Below the pieces are notes generated by a model. It did not search any database and was not told the origin of the DNA. It saw only the letters and a list, made by a program, of their open reading frames with translations. From assembly GCA_002269645.1 (NCBI GenBank), contig NIVC01004553.1, forward strand, positions 1 through 42,225: a stretch of DNA of 42,225 bases, in the 5' to 3' direction. Both the position numbers and the translations under genes were made by a program. The stretch is from Macrostomum lignano (lineage: Eukaryota). Below, piece after piece: positions 35,741 to 42,225 of the stretch (positions within the stretch are counted from its first letter, which is position 1; the number at the start of each line of letters is the position of its first letter).

Positions 35741-37769
35741 TCTGGCCCGCATTTTGCAATAATATTTTATGCACAAGAATTGCTTTACTTTACAAGCCTC
35801 TCTACTGGCAGAGCAAGTACGAGTCCCTGCTGATGAATTGATAGGTGCTCATTGGTGCCAAGCTGAAGGCTACAAACAAAACAGATGGGTAGGTTGGCAA
35901 CAATTTTAATGAACATGAATGAAAAATGGGTTTGGTATCAGTAACTTTGTAGCTGTTTCAAGTCATTATTTTAGCAACCTAATGAGCACTCATTTGATAA
36001 AAATAAAAATCAGTTCAAAATCCTTTATACACTTAAAAGTCCTTATCATATCATATAAGAAATATTATAGCATCAAAGCTATAGTTCCTCTAAGGTGAGA
36101 CTCTAGTCATGTAGACTATACAGATAACCATTAATGGATAAGCCATAAAAACCTCTTAAATACAACATATATACCTTAAATATAATTTGCTACTAGGCTA
36201 TCATAAGAAAACTCTTAATACTATTAGAATTTTAAATATAATTTTACTTTGGTAGTAGCCATTTTGATAACAATAATGTTGGTGACTAGTCATTTACATT
36301 TATATAAAACATACATGCGCAACTGCTGGCCAACCTAGCTGATCTAGCCACTGTAAATTGTGGTGGACCAGGGGTAAGTCACAAAAATGCCCATCCCAAA
36401 GAATATAGACATAGTACTAATTAGATTATGAGGCATTTAGCCCTTATAAGACAGTCATAGTTACTCCTGCTGTTTACCCAAAGTTGCGTTAATTTTGCTT
36501 TAGGACTTTTTTACATGTAAGTCACATTTTTGGCCAAAAACTATATCGCATTTTTGTTAAAACTAAGTTGCACGGCCAACCGAATTTTGGAGGTGGCACA
36601 CATATGATATAAAACTTATTGCTATAAAATATTCATATTTACCTAAGGCCTATGTAATGAAAATCAATGATGCATAGAATATTTAGGGGGCTAATTTGAA
36701 AAAATTCATATATTCAGGTTGTAGACTGAATATTAAATAGAAAGATCTACGAGACTTATTATATTGTAATTAAGGTAACTTTATTGTTATAGCAACCATA
36801 TAAGGATGTGGTCATTTTTTCTGCTGTCAGTTAGTTTGCCAGTAGATAAAATGACTATTTAGTGATAGATATATTAATTGATTTTTTAGGATAATTAAAC
36901 AACATTACATACTATATAATTATTTAATTAACTTGTGCATAATTTAGTTGACAATATTCAAAGCAAAGGGAAACAATTTATTATAGTTTGTTTACATGCT
37001 GTACTAGTAACATAATTTGATTAAGGCAATTCAAGCTGTGTAATTTAGCTTTGACATCATTTTCAACTGCAGATTTTTTAATTTTAACTGTGATTTTGTA
37101 TTGTATTTCATATTTTTTTTTATTGCAATCTTTCCATCTCCTATTTTTTTACTTTTATTCTTTATAAGAAACACACAGAGAAACTATATGAATTTCAAAT
37201 TTTGTGCAAAATTTCTACCAAAATGTAGGCCTATATTCAAAAGTCCAACTGCTGACCATCCACATTTATCTTAACAAAAGTAGCACTAAATGGTAAAAAA
37301 ATATATGCTTATTTCCAGCAAATACTGCTTTCTGCACCAGCACCACTACATTTACATGCTTCACTGCTTCATTGCTGGGTAGTAGACAAACCATCTACCC
37401 TAGCACGGACCTCCAATAGACGAACTGACAGCAGACGAAATGACCCATATTCACTAAAAAATAGTGAAATAGGTATTTTTATAGTCAACAGATAAATAAA
37501 ACACATATACTCATACCGTACGTAGTTAGACGCATTAATTATTCGAGAGGATATTTCCTAAATAACGACTAAATTAAAAAGTTTAACTTGGTATAACAAA
37601 AAGAAATAAATTTTGCCAACTTCTAAATGTAAAAATATGAAAATGCGGTTTAATTTTTAATTTTTACAATTTTTATAATTTAAATTTTAAAACTATCAAA
37701 AAGTGTACAACTTTATACTAATAGTTCAATCTATTGTTGCTCTTATTCGCTCTTTCATTGAGCGAAGGA

Positions 37770-37890
37770 CACGAGCAGGACACGACCACTTCGGTGATGA
37801 CGCCAGATGGACTGTCGGACCAGTTTGGCCACGTCGTAAGGCGTGCTGTGCTGCAGCGTGACAATCTGGCGCCTTCCTGTTTGTGCTGGC
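37770..37890 (+). mobile_element. Decayed RT fragment related to the downstream retrotransposon
   Basis: TTTSVMTPDGLSDQF...VLQRDNLAP(F)LFVL aligns with TRAAVVTADGLSDLF...GVLQGDTLAPFLFVL. Confidence 0.7.
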
Positions 37891-38009
37891 ACAACTATAT
37901 ATTGGGTGCTGGAGGACAGGCCTGCCCAAACCGGACGACGAGGGCGGCCCGAGCTCGGGAGAACCTCGGGTGCCGCGCCGTTTACCGATTAAAAGTTTTA
38001 ATCAATTAA

Positions 38010-38180
38010 GCAGAATTTACCTCGTCCGGACCCAGCGCTTTCCCGCCCGGTGACTGTTGGGCGAGTCTCACAACGTCGGCTGTGATGACTGGTGCTAGGC
38101 TGAAGCTCTCCTCTGCGACAACGGCAGAGGACCAACGCGACCTGCGCAGCATGCAGCTGTCTTCAACGCCTCGACGGCTA
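38010..38180 (-). mobile_element. Inverted decayed fragment of a related non-LTR element (pre-RT region)
   Basis: FSLAPVITADVVRLAQQSPGGKALGPDEV aligns with FCTRPVTTEDVVLYARKTSGGKALGP of the main element. Confidence 0.7.
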
Positions 38181-38459
38181 TAATTAAGCAATGCTTTAAA
38201 GCGGCCAATAGAGATTCAGTCGAACAGCCGACAGTTCCAAAAAAGAATCCCAGCTTGGATACCGGTACGAGCTACCAATTAGGAAAGCTCATCAGGCGAA
38301 ATGTATTTTAGAACCATGTACCCCATGCAGTCTGCGATGATCGATATACTCCCGATCTTTCATCCCCGATTAATTGTAATTCCTTGCTCGCCGTGCCCTA
38401 CTACCATTTGTTGTCTACTTGTCGTCTGTCAACCCTATAGTTTTCTAAGCTCCCATATG

Positions 38460-41400
38460 TTCAGCGTACGTGACTGCAACCTGCGAGGGCGACTCCGTGG
38501 CGCGGCCAGGCGCCTGTTGTCCCCAGTCCCTGCTATTTCAACTATGGATCCGCCGGGTGGCGCCGGGGACCATGAGGCCAACCTTCATCTGGCCCCAGCT
38601 GCACCAGGTGGCCGCCTCAGGCTCGGCACGATGAACTGCCGAACTCTGAAGGCCCCCTGGCGTCGCACCATCCTTGTCCAGCTGGCCCACGATCTACAGC
38701 TGGACCTCATCTCACTGCAGGAGGTTTCTATCGTGGCTGAGCCGGGGCTCCCTCCTGTACACGTCGGCAGACAACCGCGGCCGGGGCGGTGTCGGCGTGC
38801 TGATCGGACCGCGCCTCCAGCAGAGCGTGCACTGCATCTCGCTGTCCCGCGACTGATGCGGGTCGACCTGCGACTGCGCGCCCGCTGCATCCGGCTGTTC
38901 TGCGCGTAATGCACCCACCGCTGCTCACCCCGAGGAGGCTCGTGCCTTCTTCGACTTCCTGGCTGGGCAGCTGGAAGAGGTGCCAAACCGCGACACGCTG
39001 GCAGTGCTCGGAGACCTGAACGCAGTCCCGCGGAGGTCCGAGCGCTTGCCCTTTGTCGGGGGACGCGAGAACGCCAACACCGACGCACTGGAGGACCTGC
39101 TTGACCGGCTGGACCTGGTGTCCGCGAACACCCAGTTCCGCAAGCCCCCTGCTCGCCTGGTCACCTTTGCGGGCTGCAAGAGAAGGCGGCGGAACGCACG
39201 CGGGCGGAAGCCACGAGGAGACTGGCGCAACTCGATCATGCGCTGGTTCGCACTCGCGAGCGCCGCCGCGTCACCAACTGCGACACCATGGCTCCGCTGG
39301 CTCTCCGGTCAGACCACCGACTCCTGATCTGCGACTTGCGGCTCCGCAACCAGCTCTACGACCGCCAAAGCAGCGGCCACGGCGCTACTATCGCGCACTG
39401 TTGGACACCCGCGTGAAGCGTCAATTCGCGGGTGCCTTCGTCGGCGCGCTTGGAGACCAGCGCGAGGCGGAGTATTCCGACATCAGCACCGCCGTTAGAG
39501 CCGCTGCAGAGCAGACGGTCCCGCTGATGCGGCCAGCGCAGAAATCGCTGCCTGTCTGGCAGAGCGACCCATCATCAGGCAGGCGCGACTCAACATCGAG
39601 CGACTCCGCAGAAACCGGAGGCCCACAGGCGACGTTGAAGACGCGTTTGAGCGCCTTCTTGACGAGCGGCAGCAGGCCGCTGTCGACGACGCCGTCAGGT
39701 CCATCACTGCAGCCGGCCCCGACGTGAAGAGCCGCGCAGTGTGGACGGCCGTCCGGACTCTGACGGGGCGTAAAAAGCGCGTGGCGCTGAACCTGGCCGG
39801 CAACACCCCGGAGGAGCGCAGGAATGAATTGCGCGACTTCTTCGCCGGCATCGTAAACGTGCCCGCGTCGCCGCTGCCCGCCAGCTTTGCGCTCCCACTG
39901 GACACGCCGCTCCCAGCTGAGGAGGACTTCTGCACCAGACCAGTCACCACGGAGGACGTTGTGCTGTACGCTCGGAAAACATCAGGCGGCAAGGCGCTCG
40001 GCCCGACGAAGTCCCAGTCGAAGCGCTGCGGCTCCGCTGTGTGGCCTCCCAGGTCACAGGCGTCATGAACCGCGTGCTCGCCGGCGCTCCTGCGCCTACC
40101 GAGTGGACCGTCGCGCACATCGTGCCGATCCCGAAGAAGGCAGGGACAACACGGAAAGAAGACCACCGCGGGGTCTCGCTGATTTCCTGCACCGCGAAGC
40201 TCTTCAACCGGCTGCTGCTCGATCGTCTGCAGTTGGTGCTGGACCCGTACCTACGGTACGAGCAGAACGGATTCCGGCCGCAACGCGGTACAGTGACACA
40301 GATCCTCGCACTCCGCCGTGTCATCGAGGAGGCGCGCATCCGCCAGTCTACGCTGATCATTGTCTTCGTTGACTTTCGAAAGGCGTTTGACTCGGTGTTG
40401 AGAGCCGCGCTTCCCTTTGTCCTTCGCGCCTACCGGGTACCCCAGCAGCTAATCGACGCTGTCATGGCGCTGTATTGCGATACTCGAGCTGCTGTGGTGA
40501 CGGCGGACGGCCTGTCTGACCTGTTCGATACTTCATCAGGAGTTCTGCAGGGCGACACGCTAGCGCCGTTCCTCTTCGTGCTGCTGCTGGACTGGGTGCT
40601 TCGGACCGCACTCCCCTCGGCTAATGACGGGCTTCCTGCTGCGCAGACGCATCGGTCGCCGCCACGGCGAAAAGCGCCTGAGCGTACTTGGCTACGCTGA
40701 CGACTCGCCTTCCTGTCCTCGTCCGTTGAAGGCGCCCAGCGCCAGATCGACAGGCTGGTCGAGGTGGCATCGAGCGTCGGTCTGATCGTCAACACGCTGA
40801 AGACCGAGGTGCTGACTGTGCCGGCCGACATCCCAGCGGACCTGACGTGCCGCGGCGAAGACGGGCAGACGACCAGGCTCGCACGCTGCCAGCGGTTCAC
40901 CTACCTCGGCGGTCTGGTGCCCCACGTGGAAGAAGACCTCCGGCGGCGCAGAGGACTTGCCTGGGCGGCCTTTCGTTCGATCCGAGCCATCCTCCAGTCC
41001 GAAGCGCTGCCCGACCGCCAGAGGGCTCGGGTGTGGCAGGCGGTGGTCGAAACCGTCCTGCTATACAACGTCGAGACGTGGACGCTGACGGCTACGCTGG
41101 AGCGGCAGCTGGACTCGGCGAACTCAGGGCTGCTCCGTGCGGCCTTTCGAGCTGACGAGAGCGTCGGGACCGAGGTCCTGTACGATCGGGCCAAGCTGCA
41201 GCGCCCGTCCACCATCCTGCACCGGCGGCGACTTCAACTGGCGGGCCATGTGATCCGGGCCGAGGCTACTGCCCCCAACCCGTTCCGGACGTCCTGCTGC
41301 TCACCTTGCAGGGTCCGTTCAGGCGTGGTCAGCCCGAACCCGTCGATACGTGGACTGCCTGCTGTGCGACGCTGGGGCGCCGACACTGCCAACGGAGCGG

Positions 41401-41505
41401 ACTTTGTTCGCTCCCAGGCCCTGCGGCGCGCCATCTGACGCGCCCTGCTCTAACTGTGACTGTGCATGCGGGGTCGCGTATTTTGTTGCTGTTGTTTGTT
41501 GTTGT
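38460..41505 (+). mobile_element. Near full-length non-LTR retrotransposon (single APE + RT ORF, RTE-like), multiple frameshifts, (GTT/TTG)n tail
   Basis: APE motifs LGTMNCRTL, LISLQEV, LAVLGDLNA. RT motifs IVPIPKK, EQNGFRP, FVDFRKAFDSV, GVLQGDTLAPFLF, YADD, FTYLGG. ORF from ATG 38544 to TGA 41438. The clade call is inference from the single ORF and microsatellite tail. Confidence 0.92.
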
Positions 41506-41830
41506 ACAACGCCGAGACCTGCTGGACCCTGACGGACACCTTGTTGGAGAGGCAACTGGAGGCTGAGCATGTGGCCATGCTGCGTGCGCGCGTTCGGAGT
41601 GAGCAGCAGTCCAGGCAGCAATTAAGACCAATATGCCACGCTCTACACAAGGGCGCGCCTGATGCGGCACGCCAGTCGAAGTCGTCGCAGGTCAGAATTG
41701 GTCGGTGGCCCGCTGCCCTGAGACGCTGCACGAAGTGCTGCGCTCAAACTGCAGGGACCGCGCAGCGAGGCCAAGGGCGAACGGCGAGATACCCTGACAG
41801 GCTTTTGCTGACGCTGATGCCCCCGGACCA
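41500..41830 (+). mobile_element. Decayed C-terminal fragment of an older related element
   Basis: LLYNAETCWTLTDTLLERQLE aligns with VLLYNVETWTLTATLERQLD; later LQGP..RGQGRTARYPDRLL aligns with LQGPFRRGQ... Confidence 0.75.
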
Positions 41831-42225
41831 AGCTGGCCGGATATGGGGTGTGACCCATATTATTAAGCAATAATAAGTTGTTATTATTGAGGAAACATTA
41901 AAACGCACTATCAAGTGGATCATTTACTGCTTATCTGTCATCATGCAGTCACCAATGACTAGATGTAGAGTATAGTGATGGCTAGTGATGGAATTCGTAG
42001 TGATGGCTTCGACTGTTAAGCAAAAGTGCCATCAAATGTATTTGACTTTGTGCCGATGCTGACCCAAAACTCTTTCTGTCCCAATTTGTTGAATCTACAT
42101 AAGCTCTGCTGTGCTTCTCTTTAATTATTCAGTTTTAAAATGATTATGAAAAAAAATCATAAATTAACTCATAATCAATTGATATCATATCGCTAGTAAA
42201 ATGGACTCTTAAAGGTACACAATTA

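Overview
Eukaryotic (metazoan) genomic DNA with GC-rich, intron-poor coding exons, AT-rich spacers and dense mini/microsatellites. This pattern, plus a relic of a flatworm-type spliced leader, points to a trans-splicing flatworm such as Macrostomum (inference). Genes: a CUB-like + C-type-lectin single-pass receptor (one frameshift), a small single-pass membrane protein, a giant metallothionein-like ORF of 84 tandem CKCEN/CKCKD pentapeptides (one in-frame TGA), a co-oriented DIM1/TXNL4A - RPS20 - RPS20 - SLMAP cluster, Arp3, POLR1E (RPA49) and a minus-strand LZTS-family gene. Mobile DNA: a near full-length frameshifted APE+RT non-LTR retrotransposon (RTE-like) among fragments of older relatives, a TA-target MITE, a 145-bp palindromic element, an LTR-like fragment and a Penelope-type minimal hammerhead ribozyme. 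Highlights: (1) one RPS20 copy has the 3' end of a spliced leader exactly where its twin has the splice acceptor, i.e. a trans-spliced mRNA apparently written back into the genome next to its parent; (2) several ORFs appear to start from the SL-donated AUG; (3) the roughly 165-Cys repeat metallothionein; (4) the hammerhead. Coordinates were read by eye and no database searches were run.
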